A stretch of DNA of 64,000 nt from an uncultured Verrucomicrobiae bacterium (GCA_963834385.1 CAWIBO010000005.1:480001-544000), one strand, 5' to 3'; positions 40,762-51,962 are shown, counted from the first letter of the stretch. The notes: a model not told the origin generated them from the letters alone. Program-made: numbers and translations.

Positions 40762-42540
40762 GTGAAAAGCGTTCTCTTCGTCTGCACCGGTAACATCTGC
40801 CGCAGCCCCATGGCCGAGGGGCTTTTTCGCCAGATGCTCGGGCGCCGCTCGGACATCGAAGTGGCTTCCGCCGGCGTTCACGCCGTCCGCGGCCAGCCGC
40901 CCAGCCTCTACGCGGTCCAGGTCCTCGAGGAGGAGGGCATCGACATCCGCGGGTTCCGTTCCCAGCCGCTCACCGCCGAGCTGGTCGACCGGGCCACGCA
41001 CATTTTTGCCATGACGGGCGCGCATCTCGAGACCATTCACATGCTTTTCCCCCAGGGCGCCGAGAAGTCCTTTCTCCTCCGGGAATTCGAGGAGGCCGGG
41101 ACCACGGTCTGGCGCGATCTGCCCGACCCGATCGGACTCGGCCGCGACACTTACAGCAGCTGCGCCCGTACCATCAAAAGCGCTTTACCGAGCGTGCTCG
41201 CGTTCGTAGAACAGGGCGAGCTGGCGGTCCCCGCCGGAACACGCGACCGGCGGCACTTCTTCCATTCCCATGAGCAACCCTTCTTCTTCATCTTCCCCCG
41301 GGCAGGGAGCCTCCCTGCGCGCCGGGGATCCGGAGATCTATCAAGGCTGTGCAGGCCGAGGAACAGCGGCAGCGCGAGAACATCGAGCTCATCGCCTCGG
41401 AAAATTTTACCAGCCGCGCGGTCATGGAAGCCCAGGGCAGCGTGCTCACGAACAAATATGCCGAGGGCTACCCCGGCAAACGCTGGTACGGCGGCTGCGA
41501 AAATGTCGACACGGTGGAACAGCTCGCCATCGACCGCGCCAAACGCCTCTTCGGTGCCGAACACGCCAACGTCCAGCCGCACAGCGGCGCCCAGGCCAAC
41601 ATGGCGGTCTACTTTTCCGCCCTCCAGGTCGGCGACCGCATCCTGACCATGAACCTTGCCCACGGTGGCCATCTTACCCACGGGCATCCCGCCAATTTCT
41701 CCGGCAAGTTTTACGAGGTCACGCATTACGGCGTGGATGAAAAAACCGAGCGGATCGATTACGACGCCCTTGCCCGGCTGGCGGAACAATCGAAGCCCGC
41801 CATGATCACTGCCGGCGCTTCCGCCTACCCGCGCCTCCTCGATTATCCGCGGCTGCGCCAGATCGCCGATGAAGTGGGCGCGCTTCTCTTCGTCGACATG
41901 GCGCATATCGCCGGCCTCGTCGCCGGCGGTCAGCATCCGAGCCCGGTGCCGCATGCGCATTACGTTACCACCACCACGCACAAGAGCCTGCGCGGGCCGC
42001 GCGGCGGGATCGTCCTTTGCCGGGAACAATATGGCAAGGCCATCGATTCCATGCTTTTCCCCGGGGTCCAGGGCGGACCGCTCATGCATGTCATCGCGGC
42101 CAAGGCGGTCTGCTTTCACGAGGCGCTCCAGCCCGCGTTTCCAGGATTACCAGCGCCAGGTGGTCGTCAACGCCAAGGCGCTCGCCGCCGGCCTCGCCAA
42201 GCACGGTTTCCGGATCGTTTCCGGCGGCACCGATAACCATCTCATGCTGGTCGATCTGCGCCCAAAGGAAATCAACGGCCGCCAGGCCCAGGAAAGTCTC
42301 GATCGCGCCGGCATCACGGTGAACAAGAACGCCATTCCCTTCGACACCTACCCGATCTTCAAGCCCGGCGGCATCCGCATCGGCACCCCCGCCGTCACCA
42401 CCCGCGGCATGAAGGAGGAGGAGATGCTCGAGATCGCCGATCTCATCGCCGAGGCCCTCCAGGGCCGCGAAGACGCCGCCGCGCTCGAGCGCGTCCGCGG
42501 CAAGGTCCGCGCGCTCACCAGCCGCTTCCCCGTCCCCTAG
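40762..42540 (+). CDS. glyA: Serine hydroxymethyltransferase, probably fused to an N-terminal LMW protein-tyrosine-phosphatase domain (three +1 indels)
   Basis: [12 protein letters not shown]...DP (LMW-PTP) with no stop before gly[42 protein letters not shown]; shifts near 41240, 41343, 42140. Confidence 0.85.
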
Positions 42541-42545
42541 GCCAC

Positions 42546-43925
42546 ATGCAAGGGAACCGCACTCCGGCCGCCGCCGCGGAGAAACATCCGCGCGGTCTTT
42601 ACGTCCTCTTTGCCACCGAGCTCTGGGAGCGGTTCAGCTACTACTCCATGCTCGCCATGTTCACGCTTTACCTGCGTGACACCACCGGGCAGGGCTTCGC
42701 CTGGTCGGTCGACCAGGCCACCGGGCTCTACTCGAACTATCTCATGTTCGTTTATCTCAGCCCGCTCATCGGCGGCTGGCTCGCGGACAAAAAACTCGGC
42801 TACCGCCGCTCGGTCATGATCGGCGGTTTCTTTTTCATGGCCGGCCACCTCCTCCTTTCCTTCAAATCGATCCCGGTCGTTTACGCCGCCCTCACCTGCC
42901 TCGTCATCGGCAACGGCTTCTTCAAGCCGAACGTCTCCACCCTCGTCGGCAACCTTTATCCCGAGGGGAGCCACCTGAAGGACCGCGCCTACAACATCTT
43001 CTATATGGGCATCAACGTCGGCGCTTTCCTCGCGCCGGTCGTCGCCACCTTTGTCCAGGGCCGGTTCGGTTATCATCCTGCTTTCGCCGTCGCCGCCGGC
43101 GGCATGGCCATCTCGGTTTTCATCCTCTGGAAATGGAAGGCGCTCATCGAAAGTGGCGAACGTTCTCCCCTGCGCTCCGCCCGCACCGCCACGGATGCCA
43201 CCGTCACCGCCACCGACGCTCCCCCCGCCGGCGTCAGTTCCCAGGACGAAACCAACCGGCGCCAGACCATGGACGCCATCCCGGAATGGAAACGAATCGG
43301 CGCCCTCATCGTCATCTACTGCATCGTCATCGTTTTCTGGATGGTCTTTCACCAGAACGGTTCCACCCTCACCTATTGGGCCGACGAGAACACGGACTGG
43401 CAGGTCAGCGGCATCATCTCCAACGCCATCAACCCCGGCTGGGTCATCATCCTCACGTTCCCGCTGGTCTGGTTTTGGCGCTGGCTTGATCGACGCGGCC
43501 TCGAGCCTTCCACCCCCACCAAGATGGTCTTCGGCATGGTCCTGACCGGCCTGGCTTTCTTCATTCTCTTTGTCGGCGCGCGGTTCGGCGAAGCCACCGT
43601 TACCGGGGCAGATCCTTACGCTTTCAAGGTCTCCCCGCTTTGGCTCCTGGCCGCTTACGGAGTCCTCACTGCCGGTGAACTGATGCTTTCGCCCATGGGC
43701 CTCTCCCTTGTTTCCAAGGTCGCGCCGGTTCGCCTGCGCGGCGTCATGATGGGCGGCTGGTTCGTCGCCACCGCCATCGGCAACAAGCTCACCCAGATCG
43801 GCGCGCTCTGGGACGACTGGCTCCATTCCACCTTCTGGCTTCTGCTCAGCGGCTGCGCTGTCTTCATGGCCTTTGTCCTTCTTTTCCTGTTGAAACCGCT
43901 CAAGCGAGCCATGCCGGGAGTTTGA
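42546..43925 (+). CDS. Proton-dependent oligopeptide transporter (POT/PTR, MFS)
   Basis: HPRGL, ELWERFSYY, GGWLADK, GNGFFKPN, FYMGINVGA, GELMLSPMG. Confidence 0.92.
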   Translation: MQGNRTPAAAAEKHPRGLYVLFATELWERFSYYSMLAMFTLYLRDTTGQGFAWSVDQATGLYSNYLMFVYLSPLIGGWLADKKLGYRRSVMIGGFFFMAGHLLLSFKSIPVVYAALTCLVIGNGFFKPNVSTLVGNLYPEGSHLKDRAYNIFYMGINVGAFLAPVVATFVQGRFGYHPAFAVAAGGMAISVFILWKWKALIESGERSPLRSARTATDATVTATDAPPAGVSSQDETNRRQTMDAIPEWKRIGALIVIYCIVIVFWMVFHQNGSTLTYWADENTDWQVSGIISNAINPGWVIILTFPLVWFWRWLDRRGLEPSTPTKMVFGMVLTGLAFFILFVGARFGEATVTGADPYAFKVSPLWLLAAYGVLTAGELMLSPMGLSLVSKVAPVRLRGVMMGGWFVATAIGNKLTQIGALWDDWLHSTFWLLLSGCAVFMAFVLLFLLKPLKRAMPGV

Positions 43926-45481
43926 TCGCCTTGGCTTCTTCGACGCGTTCCGCCCACGAGACCAACCCGCTCCGGGAAGGCCTTTCCGCCCGTGCCGTCC
44001 CCGAGCCCTGCACCGTCGTCATCTTCGGCGCCACCGGCGACCTGACTCATCGCAAGCTCATCCCCGCCCTTTACAACATCGCCGCCGATGGCGAACTCCC
44101 GCCCGCCCTCGCCGTGGTCGGCTTTGCCCGCCGCGACAAGACGGACGAACAATTTCGCGAGGAACTGGCGGAAGCCGCCCGGAAACATTCGCGCCAGACC
44201 CTGCGCGACGATCTCTGGCAGAATTTCGCCCAGTCGATTTCCTATCACCGGAGCGAGTTCGGCGATCTCGAGGGCTACAAGTCCCTTGCGCAGCGCCTCG
44301 ATGAGATCGATCGCGCTCGCGACACCGGCGGCAACCGCCTCTTTTATTTCGCGGCCGCGCCCGATCAGTTCGACGACATCCTGAAGAACCTGAAGGCGGC
44401 CGGGTTGAACAAGGCCCCCGAGGGCGGCTGGGCCCGGGTCGTGATCGAGAAGCCGTTCGGGACCGATCTGCCCTCCGCCCGCACCCTCAACCGCATCGTG
44501 CGCAATTCCTTCACGGAAGAGCAGACCTACCGCATCGACCATTTCCTCGGCAAGGAAACCGCCCAGAACATCCTTGTCCTGCGCTTCGCCAACTCCATCT
44601 TCGAGGCGCTCTGGAACCATCGTTACATCGATCACGTCCAGATCACCGCCGCGGAAACTCTCGGGGTCGAGGGTCGCGCCGGCTATTACGAGAGCGCCGG
44701 CGCCCTGCGCGACATGGTCCAGAACCATCTGCTCCAGCTGCTTTGCCTTGTCGCCATGGAGCCGCCCACCGATCTCAGCGCCGACAGTATCCGCGATGAA
44801 AAGGTCAAGGTCGTGCGCTCGCTCCGGCGTTACCCGCCGGCCGAGATGGCCGCGAACGTCGTCCGCGCCCAGTACGCCAAGGGCACCATCGACGGCGAAA
44901 CCGTGGCCGGCTATCGCGAGGAGGAAAAAGTCGATCCGAAGTCGGACACGGAGACTTTTGTCGCGCTCCGCGTCCTGATCGATAACTGGCGCTGGGCCGA
45001 TGTGCCCTTTTACATCCGGGTCGGCAAGCGTTTGCCCAAGTCGGGCACGGAAATCTCCGTGCATTTCAAAAGCGCCCCCATGGTCCTCTTCAATCGCGAA
45101 TCACAGGGCCTCGACCAGAACGTGCTCGTCATCCGCATCCAGCCGGACGAGGGCGTTTCCCTGCGCATGGAGGCGAAGATGCCCGGCACCAGTCTTCGCA
45201 TCGAGCCGGTGAAGATGGATTTCCATTACGGAACCTCCTTCGGCAAAGCCAGCCCGGAAGCTTACGAACGCCTTTTGCTCGATGCCATGGCCGGCGACGC
45301 CACTCTTTTCGCCCGGCGCGATGAAGTGGAGCAGGCCTGGGCTTTCATCGATACCATCCGCGCGGCCTGGACCGACGAAAAATCGTCCCCGCCGCTCTAT
45401 CATCATTCCGCCGGGTCGTGGGGACCGGAGGAGGCCGACGACCTGCTCGCCGGCGACGGGCGCGCCTGGCGCCGCTTCTAG
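43922..45481 (+). CDS. zwf: Glucose-6-phosphate dehydrogenase
   Basis: IFGATGDL, EKPFG, RIDHFLGKE, RDMVQNH, AYERL. Confidence 0.95.
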   Translation: MIALASSTRSAHETNPLREGLSARAVPEPCTVVIFGATGDLTHRKLIPALYNIAADGELPPALAVVGFARRDKTDEQFREELAEAARKHSRQTLRDDLWQNFAQSISYHRSEFGDLEGYKSLAQRLDEIDRARDTGGNRLFYFAAAPDQFDDILKNLKAAGLNKAPEGGWARVVIEKPFGTDLPSARTLNRIVRNSFTEEQTYRIDHFLGKETAQNILVLRFANSIFEALWNHRYIDHVQITAAETLGVEGRAGYYESAGALRDMVQNHLLQLLCLVAMEPPTDLSADSIRDEKVKVVRSLRRYPPAEMAANVVRAQYAKGTIDGETVAGYREEEKVDPKSDTETFVALRVLIDNWRWADVPFYIRVGKRLPKSGTEISVHFKSAPMVLFNRESQGLDQNVLVIRIQPDEGVSLRMEAKMPGTSLRIEPVKMDFHYGTSFGKASPEAYERLLLDAMAGDATLFARRDEVEQAWAFIDTIRAAWTDEKSSPPLYHHSAGSWGPEEADDLLAGDGRAWRRF

Positions 45482-45483
45482 CC

Positions 45484-46536
45484 ATGCCGGTCTCCGCCCC
45501 GGAATTTGCCGCCGGTCTGCCGGTGGAAGTGGCGCAAATCCCCCGCGCCCTCAAGAAACTCTGGGAGGAAAGCGACGGGGCCATGACCCGCGCCTCGCTG
45601 ATCAATCTTGCCGTTTACAGCGCCAAACCGGATGCGCTCGACCGCAACACGGCGCTCATGTCGGAGATCACGCAGGAACATGCCTGCCGCGCCATTGTCA
45701 TCGGGGCCCGGCCCTCCGCCGAGCAGAGCCGCGTCTCGGCCTGGATCACCGCGCATTGCCACGTCACCAAGGCCGGCCGCAAACAAGTCTGCTCGGAGCA
45801 GCTCACCTTTCTGCTCGAGGGCGATTCGACGGCTCTGCTCCCGAACATTCTCTATTCGCATCTCGATTCGGATCTCCCGCTTCATCTCTGGTGGCAGGAT
45901 GAATTCCCGTCGGAGATCGAACCGCAGCTCTGGGCCTGGGTCGATCGTCTCATCTTCGACAGCCGGGCCTGGCCCGATTTTCATGCGCAAATGTCCCTGG
46001 TTCGCCAGGCGCAGGAGGAGGCGAAACAACGCGTCACCCTCTGCGATCTCAACTGGGCCCGTCTCCTCCAGTGGCGCGTCGCCGTGGCGCAATTTTTCGA
46101 TCATCCGCTTTCGCGCCATCACCTCGCCCGGATCAGCCGCCTCGAGATCGATCACGCCCCGGGCTGCCGCTCCACCGCCCTTCTTCTCGCCGGCTGGTTC
46201 GCTCGTCAGCTCGATTGGCGGGTCAACGAATCTTCGCCGTCACTCGTCCTGCGCAAGGAATCGGGCGACCGGGTCCAGATCACCCTGGCCGAGAAGAAGG
46301 GTGAGCCGGTCAGCCGCTGCCTCCTCGCGGGCGAGGCGATGGAGTTTCGGGTGCAGCATCGCGCTTCCACCGATCTGCTCGAGGTCAGCTGTGGTTCGCC
46401 CGGGAAGGCCTGCGATCATCAGCTCATGCCGGCCGGGGCCACGGACGATGTCGGCCTGATGCGGGCGGAACTGATGCGCGGTGGACCGCACCACGTTTAT
46501 CTCCGCGCGGTCGAGCGGATCAGCCCTCTGCTCTAG
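45484..46536 (+). CDS. opcA: G6PD assembly protein OpcA
   Basis: Immediately follows zwf; RASLINL, HACRAI, CSEQ, DLPLHLWW, DLNWARL..WR. Confidence 0.85.
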   Translation: MPVSAPEFAAGLPVEVAQIPRALKKLWEESDGAMTRASLINLAVYSAKPDALDRNTALMSEITQEHACRAIVIGARPSAEQSRVSAWITAHCHVTKAGRKQVCSEQLTFLLEGDSTALLPNILYSHLDSDLPLHLWWQDEFPSEIEPQLWAWVDRLIFDSRAWPDFHAQMSLVRQAQEEAKQRVTLCDLNWARLLQWRVAVAQFFDHPLSRHHLARISRLEIDHAPGCRSTALLLAGWFARQLDWRVNESSPSLVLRKESGDRVQITLAEKKGEPVSRCLLAGEAMEFRVQHRASTDLLEVSCGSPGKACDHQLMPAGATDDVGLMRAELMRGGPHHVYLRAVERISPLL

Positions 46537-47198
46537 CTCTCGACTGCCGCCGAACCGGGTTCCGTCCCGGTCGGGTCGGGTTTCGCGCCAACCTGGCGGG
46601 TCCCGAACACGTAATCCCAGATCGGCGAACTCACCCCGTACCCCGCCTGGTCATCCTGGTAATGGTGCCGCAGATGATACCGCTTCAACTGCGCTCCGAT
46701 CCAGCCCCGCATCGCGAAATGGTGCGTGGCATAATGAATCATGTCGTAGGCCAGGTAACCGGACCCGAACCCGGCGAAGACCGCCGGATACCAGCCACCG
46801 AAGATCAGCCAGAAAACGCCGCCAAAAGCAAAGGCCAGCGGAATGCTCACGCCCGGCGGCATCACCAGCCGGGTCGCGTCGTTCGGGTAATCATGGTGCA
46901 CCCCGTGAATGATGAAATGCAGCTTCTTCCCGATCCCCGTCTTCGGCTCATAATGAAAAGCCCACCGATGGATGATGTACTCGAGCAGGGTCCAGAAGAG
47001 CACCCCGAGGGCGAACAGGGCCGCCACGGCCAGGACCGGCTGTTCCCGCACCCAGACGGCCAGGTAAAGAAAGAAACCAATCGCCGGCAGGTAGATGATC
47101 AGCGGCACCGACGGATGCACATGCGAGCAAAATTCCAGGAACGGGTTCTGGAACATGCGCACGCTCTCGTTGGCGTTGGAAACATAGCGGCGACCCAT
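46533..47198 (-). CDS. Fatty acid hydroxylase / sterol desaturase family protein
   Basis: His boxes EYIIHRWAFH, HGVHHDYP, YDMIHYATHH, YHLRHHY; YGVSSPIWD. Confidence 0.88.
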   Translation of the reverse strand: MGRRYVSNANESVRMFQNPFLEFCSHVHPSVPLIIYLPAIGFFLYLAVWVREQPVLAVAALFALGVLFWTLLEYIIHRWAFHYEPKTGIGKKLHFIIHGVHHDYPNDATRLVMPPGVSIPLAFAFGGVFWLIFGGWYPAVFAGFGSGYLAYDMIHYATHHFAMRGWIGAQLKRYHLRHHYQDDQAGYGVSSPIWDYVFGTRQVGAKPDPTGTEPGSAAVES

Positions 47199-47230
47199 TC
47201 CTCCTCCTTTATGCGATTTCCCGGCGAATT

Positions 47231-48403
47231 TCAATCACCCAGCAGGATGCCACGCAGGTCGGCCACCGTGGCCGCAAGGTTAAACCGCTCCCGCGCCATC
47301 GCCCGCCCTCTCTCTCCGCAGGTTTGCGCCCAGCGCGCATCCGACAGCAACAGGTCCAGGCCCCGCGCCAGGCCCGCCACGTCGCCGGGGTCCGCCAGAT
47401 GGCCGGTGCGCCCCTCCTCCACCATCTCCGGGATTCCACCCAGCCGTGTCGAAACCACCGGCACACCCGCCGCCATCGCTTCCATGATCACGGTCGGCAG
47501 CACATCCATCCCGCCCGAGGCGTCCCGCTTGCAGGCGAGGACGAACGCCGTCGCTTTTCGCAAACGCTCTGTCACCGCCTCCCCGCTCAGCGGCCCGGGC
47601 AGGCTCACGACATCTCGCAACGCCTGCGCCTGCACTGCATCCTGGAGCCATCCCCGCAGCGGACCGTCTCCCACGATCTCGCACCGGAACTGAAACCCGC
47701 GCGCCACCAGCACCGCGCACGCCGCGATCAGGTCGTCGAACCCTTTCTTCGCGATCAATCGCCCCACGGAAAGAATCAGGGGCGGCGCTTCCGGCTCCCG
47801 CGTCGAGGTGACCGGCTCCAGCCCGTTGTAAACCCGGTGCACCCGGCCGGCCGCCGCCGGAAAAATCTCCCGCAGATGGCCGGCCGAGAAATCGCTCACC
47901 GCCACCACCGCGACCGCTTCCGCCATCAGCTCCGGCAGCCCGATCTCATGTTTGCCGGGCAACAGAAAATCGTTGGCGTGCGCGGTGAAACTGAAAGGCG
48001 CCCCGGTGAATCGCCCCAGCCAGAGAGCGGTCCGCGCCGCCATCCCGGCAAAGTGGGCGTGCACCCGCTCCACCGGCCCCTGCAGGGCGATCCAGGCCGC
48101 CTGATAAAGCCGCAGGAAATCCGGGCGCCGGTCCCAGGAAGCCAGCGCTTCCGCTGCCGCCACCGGCAGCCGGCCCTCCCGGCCCGCCTTTTCCACCGTC
48201 TCGATCAGCTCTTCTTCCCCCGGCAGATACACCACCTTCCCTAAAACCTCCTCGTCCCATCGGCTCCCCGGGATTTCCTCCGCCTCGCGGATGGAAAAGA
48301 TTCGCAGCGGGACGCCTTGCCGCGCCATTTCCGCCACTTCCCGGTAACAAAAGGTCTGGGTATACGACGGAAACCGCTCAAAGAGGTAGACCAGTCCCGG
48401 CAT
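47231..48403 (-). CDS. Glycosyltransferase family 4
   Basis: FPSYTQTF..RE, HAHFA, FTAHAND, VGRLIAKKG, PTVIMEAMAAGVPVV. Confidence 0.88.
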   Translation of the reverse strand: MPGLVYLFERFPSYTQTFCYREVAEMARQGVPLRIFSIREAEEIPGSRWDEEVLGKVVYLPGEEELIETVEKAGREGRLPVAAAEALASWDRRPDFLRLYQAAWIALQGPVERVHAHFAGMAARTALWLGRFTGAPFSFTAHANDFLLPGKHEIGLPELMAEAVAVVAVSDFSAGHLREIFPAAAGRVHRVYNGLEPVTSTREPEAPPLILSVGRLIAKKGFDDLIAACAVLVARGFQFRCEIVGDGPLRGWLQDAVQAQALRDVVSLPGPLSGEAVTERLRKATAFVLACKRDASGGMDVLPTVIMEAMAAGVPVVSTRLGGIPEMVEEGRTGHLADPGDVAGLARGLDLLLSDARWAQTCGERGRAMARERFNLAATVADLRGILLGD

Positions 48404-48476
48404 CAGCGCATCATGCACGGCTGGGGCCGGTTGAAAAGGCCCGGCAGCCCGCACAACTCCTGCTCTAACAGGGCGG

Positions 48477-49511
48477 GTGAACAGCGACTTCTTCGCTTTC
48501 TGCACCGCTCTTTCCCTCCCGGAACGCCGGGCCATGGGCCAGCTTTCCCATGTCCGCCACGTCGCCCCGGGCGAAACGGTCATCCTGGCGGGCGAAAGCG
48601 TTAGCGTCCTCTACGTCGTGAACCGCGGCGTTCTCGAGGTGATGCCGGATCCGGGCGCCGCTCCCGCTGCCGCGGTTTACCTTTCCCGCGGCGATGTGGC
48701 CGGGGCCGTGGAAGCTCTTACCGGCACCAACGCCACCTTTTCGGTCTGCGCCCGCGAAGCCGCCAGTTTGCAATGCGTCGAGGCCAAAAACTTCGATGAG
48801 CTCACCCGCCGGGTCCCTTCCTTCTTCCGTTTCATCGCCGAACGCCTCGCCACCCGCGCCGCCCGTTACCCGGCCGCCCCGCCCCAGCACGCGCTCGAGC
48901 TTTCGGGCACTTTCCTGAACTTCGACCTGATCACCATCTTCCAGACCATCACCAGCACCACCCGCACGGGCGAGCTGCTCCTGGCCGACCCGGAAAAGAA
49001 AGCCATCGGCGCCTTCTTTTTCGATCATGGCCGCCTCCGCGCCGGCTGGTTCCAGCATCTCCTCGGCGACGAGGCCTTCTCGCAGCTTTTCCTCGCCGAC
49101 ATCACTTCGGCCAGCTTCTCTTTCTCTTCGGAAAACAAGGCTCCCGCCTATCTCATCAACGGCGTCGTCCGCAGCCACAACGACGCTTCCCTGATCAACG
49201 CCCTGCGCGCCCGCGACGAGTTCGAGTCTCTCCTCCACCAGATGAGCGATTCGTCCGCCGTTCTCCGGTGTCACGACGCGGTCTTCGAGCTTTCGCCCAC
49301 GATCGACCCCACCATCCAGCACGTCGCCCGCAGCATCTGGGATGTGGCCGGGCGCGAGCCCACCCGGCTTCGCGATCTTTACGCCCTTTGCTTTGTCTGC
49401 GAACTCAAGGTCTATCAGGCCGTGCAGGAACTCGTCTCCGCCGACCTTGTCACCCTCCAGGCCGATCAGGTAAACAATCCTGCACCACTCACCCGCTCCG
49501 CCGCCGCATGA
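48477..49511 (+). CDS. Cyclic-nucleotide-binding domain plus DUF4388-like domain protein
   Basis: GETVILAGE..LYVV.RG...LSRGD..G (cNMP-like); ELSGTF..FDL.TIFQ....RTGEL (DUF4388-like). Confidence 0.7.
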   Translation: MNSDFFAFCTALSLPERRAMGQLSHVRHVAPGETVILAGESVSVLYVVNRGVLEVMPDPGAAPAAAVYLSRGDVAGAVEALTGTNATFSVCAREAASLQCVEAKNFDELTRRVPSFFRFIAERLATRAARYPAAPPQHALELSGTFLNFDLITIFQTITSTTRTGELLLADPEKKAIGAFFFDHGRLRAGWFQHLLGDEAFSQLFLADITSASFSFSSENKAPAYLINGVVRSHNDASLINALRARDEFESLLHQMSDSSAVLRCHDAVFELSPTIDPTIQHVARSIWDVAGREPTRLRDLYALCFVCELKVYQAVQELVSADLVTLQADQVNNPAPLTRSAAA

Positions 49512-49717
49512 AAACATCTCTTCTTCTCCTCGTCGCCTTCGCCGTCACCGGCTGTTCCTCCTTCAGCAAAAACGCCCGGCAACAGCGCGCCTACGAAAAA
49601 TACATTCGCAAATCGAGCGTCCAACGGGAACGCCAGCGCACCCTCATGAAACCGATGCGCGTCCCCCCGAATCCTTCGGCTGATTCCCCTGAATCAGTCA
49701 CCACGACCGACGAATAG
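49508..49717 (+). CDS. Small lipoprotein
   Basis: MKTSLLLLVAFAVTGC lipobox; ATGA overlap with the upstream gene. Confidence 0.65.
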   Translation: MKTSLLLLVAFAVTGCSSFSKNARQQRAYEKYIRKSSVQRERQRTLMKPMRVPPNPSADSPESVTTTDE

Positions 49718-49722
49718 CTTCG

Positions 49723-50115
49723 TCAGGCCGCCGGCCGCTGCACCGGGATCGGGTTCCCCTGCGCATCCACCGCCACGTAGGTAAAGACGCCGTGGGTCAC
49801 CCGGATCCTCTGGCCCAGCATGTAACGGTGGACCCACACATCCACCGGGATGGTCATCGAGGTCGTCCCGATCCGTTCCACCCAGGCATAGCAATCCACC
49901 GTGTCCCCCACCCGCACCGGCTGGAGAAACGACATCCCTTTCATCGCCACGGTTACCACCCGCGCCTTGGCGGTTTTCGCCGCCAGGATCGCGCTCCCCA
50001 GGTCCATTTGCGACATGAGCCAGCCGCCAAAGATGTCGCCGTTCGGGTTGGTGTCCTTCGGCATCGCGATCGTCCGGATCACCAGTTCCCCGCGCAACTC
50101 TTCCGGGTTCTCCAT
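49723..50115 (-). CDS. yciA: Acyl-CoA thioesterase (YciA family)
   Basis: AMPKDTNPNGDIFGGWLMSQMD, FTYVAVD. Confidence 0.9.
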   Translation of the reverse strand: MENPEELRGELVIRTIAMPKDTNPNGDIFGGWLMSQMDLGSAILAAKTAKARVVTVAMKGMSFLQPVRVGDTVDCYAWVERIGTTSMTIPVDVWVHRYMLGQRIRVTHGVFTYVAVDAQGNPIPVQRPAA

Positions 50116-50137
50116 GGCGCGACCGTAACACAACCGC

Positions 50138-51119
50138 CTACAAAATCAGCATGCAGTCGCCGTAACTGAAGAACCGGTAACGTTCCCGCACCGCCTCCTC
50201 GTAGGCCCGCAGGATGAACTCCCGCCCCGCCAGCGCGCTCACCAGCATCAGCAGGGTCGATCCCGGCAGATGAAAATTCGTCAGGAGCATGTCCACCGCC
50301 CGGAACTCGTGCGGCGGCCGGATGAAAATGCTCGTCTCACCTGCGCCCGCCGCGATCACCCCCCGCTCGTCCGCCACGGTCTCCAGCACACGCACCGTCG
50401 TTGTGCCAATCGCCAGGATTCGGCCGGCCGCGTTGATCGCTTCGGCGGTCTCCTCGGAAACCAGAAAACGCTCTGCGTGCATCCGGTGATCCGCGATCCG
50501 CTCGGATTGCACCGGCCGGAACGTCCCCGTCCCCACGTGCAGGGTCAGGAACGCGTGCGGCAACCGTTGCAGCAGAGCCGGCGTGAAATGCAGCCCGGCC
50601 GTCGGCGCGGCCACCGCGCCGGGCGCCCGGGCAAACGTGGTCTGGTAACGTTCGCGGTCGGCCGGTTCCGCCGCTCGCCCAAGGTAAGGCGGCAGCGGGA
50701 TCGCGCCGGTCTCGAAGAAATCCGCCGCAGGCTCGGCCGTGACGATCCGTTCCCCCTCGTCGCAGACGCTTTCCACGCGGAGTTCCACCCCGGCCACCCG
50801 CGTTCTCATCCCCGGCTTCATCCTCCGTCCCGGTCGCACCATGCATTTCCAGCGGCCCGGCTCGAGGCGTTCCAGGAAAAGAAACTCGATCCGCCCGTCC
50901 TCGGAGAAATGTCGCGACGGCAGCACCCGGGTGTCGTTCAGCACCAGCAGGTCGCCCGGGTGCACAAATTCCGGCAGCTCCGCGAACCGCCGATGCTCGA
51001 TCCGCTCCTCCGCCCGGTGCAACACCATCATCCTCGCCGCGTCCCGCTCGGCCGGCGGATGCCGTCGCCACCAGTTCTTCCGGCAGCTCATACTCGTAGT
51101 CGGAGAGTCGATCGCTCAC
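50138..51119 (-). CDS. queA: S-adenosylmethionine:tRNA ribosyltransferase-isomerase (+1 indel near 51066)
   Basis: [57 protein letters not shown]. Confidence 0.92.
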
Positions 51120-51172
51120 GGGGGAGCATCAAAGGGTTTGCCGCCCCGCGCAAAAACTCTAAAACTGCGGAG

Positions 51173-51940
51173 GTGCACGATTTTTCGCCCGCTCTCGACC
51201 AGGTCCTGACCGCGCTGCGCGATCTTCGGCAGAACACCGACCACCCGCCGCGCGCCTCGCGGGCTGTTCTGGGCCGGCTCCGCGCCGGTGCCCCATCCGT
51301 CGCCACTCCCGGCGTCTCCAAGGCGGATCGGCTTGCCGCCCTGCGTAACCGGGTGAGCGGCTGTGTCCTCTGTCCGCACCTTGCCCGGAGCCGCACCCAG
51401 ACGGTCTTCGGCGTGGGCAACCCCGACGCCGAGCTCATGTTCATCGGGGAAGCGCCCGGGGCGGATGAAGACGCGCGCGGCGAACCGTTTGTCGGCCGGG
51501 CCGGCCAGCTTCTCACCAAGATCATTCAGGCCATGGGCTTCCAGCGCGAAGACGTTTTCATCGCCAACGTTTTGAAATGCCGGCCCGACACCCCCGGCGC
51601 CAGCTCGGGGAACCGGCCGCCGACCCCTGACGAGATGAAGACCTGCCTGCCGTATCTGGCCGAGCAGATCGAGATTGTCCGGCCGCGCGCCTTGGTCGCG
51701 CTTGGGGCCACCGCCGTGGAAGGATTGCTCGGGACGCGCGGGACCATGCGCGATCTGCGCGGCAAATGGCACGAGCACCAGGGCACCCCGCTCATGATCA
51801 CCTATCACCCCTCCTACCTTCTCCGGAACCAGACCCCCGCCGAAAAACGCAAGGTCTGGGAGGACATGCTCCAGGTCCTCGAGCGCCTGAACCGCCCCAT
51901 CACCGAGAAACAACGCAACTACTTCTCCGCCTCCTCGTGA
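51173..51940 (+). CDS. Uracil-DNA glycosylase family 4
   Basis: [39 protein letters not shown] start assumed. Confidence 0.9.
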   Translation: MHDFSPALDQVLTALRDLRQNTDHPPRASRAVLGRLRAGAPSVATPGVSKADRLAALRNRVSGCVLCPHLARSRTQTVFGVGNPDAELMFIGEAPGADEDARGEPFVGRAGQLLTKIIQAMGFQREDVFIANVLKCRPDTPGASSGNRPPTPDEMKTCLPYLAEQIEIVRPRALVALGATAVEGLLGTRGTMRDLRGKWHEHQGTPLMITYHPSYLLRNQTPAEKRKVWEDMLQVLERLNRPITEKQRNYFSASS

Positions 51941-51962
51941 GCCAGGCGAACGCGCCCTCTCT

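Noticed and set aside
14096..51119. Programmed frameshifting or true pseudogenisation of metG, glyA, queA
   Set aside because: No shared slippery motif, several hits per gene, and metG is essential; sequencing error is simpler
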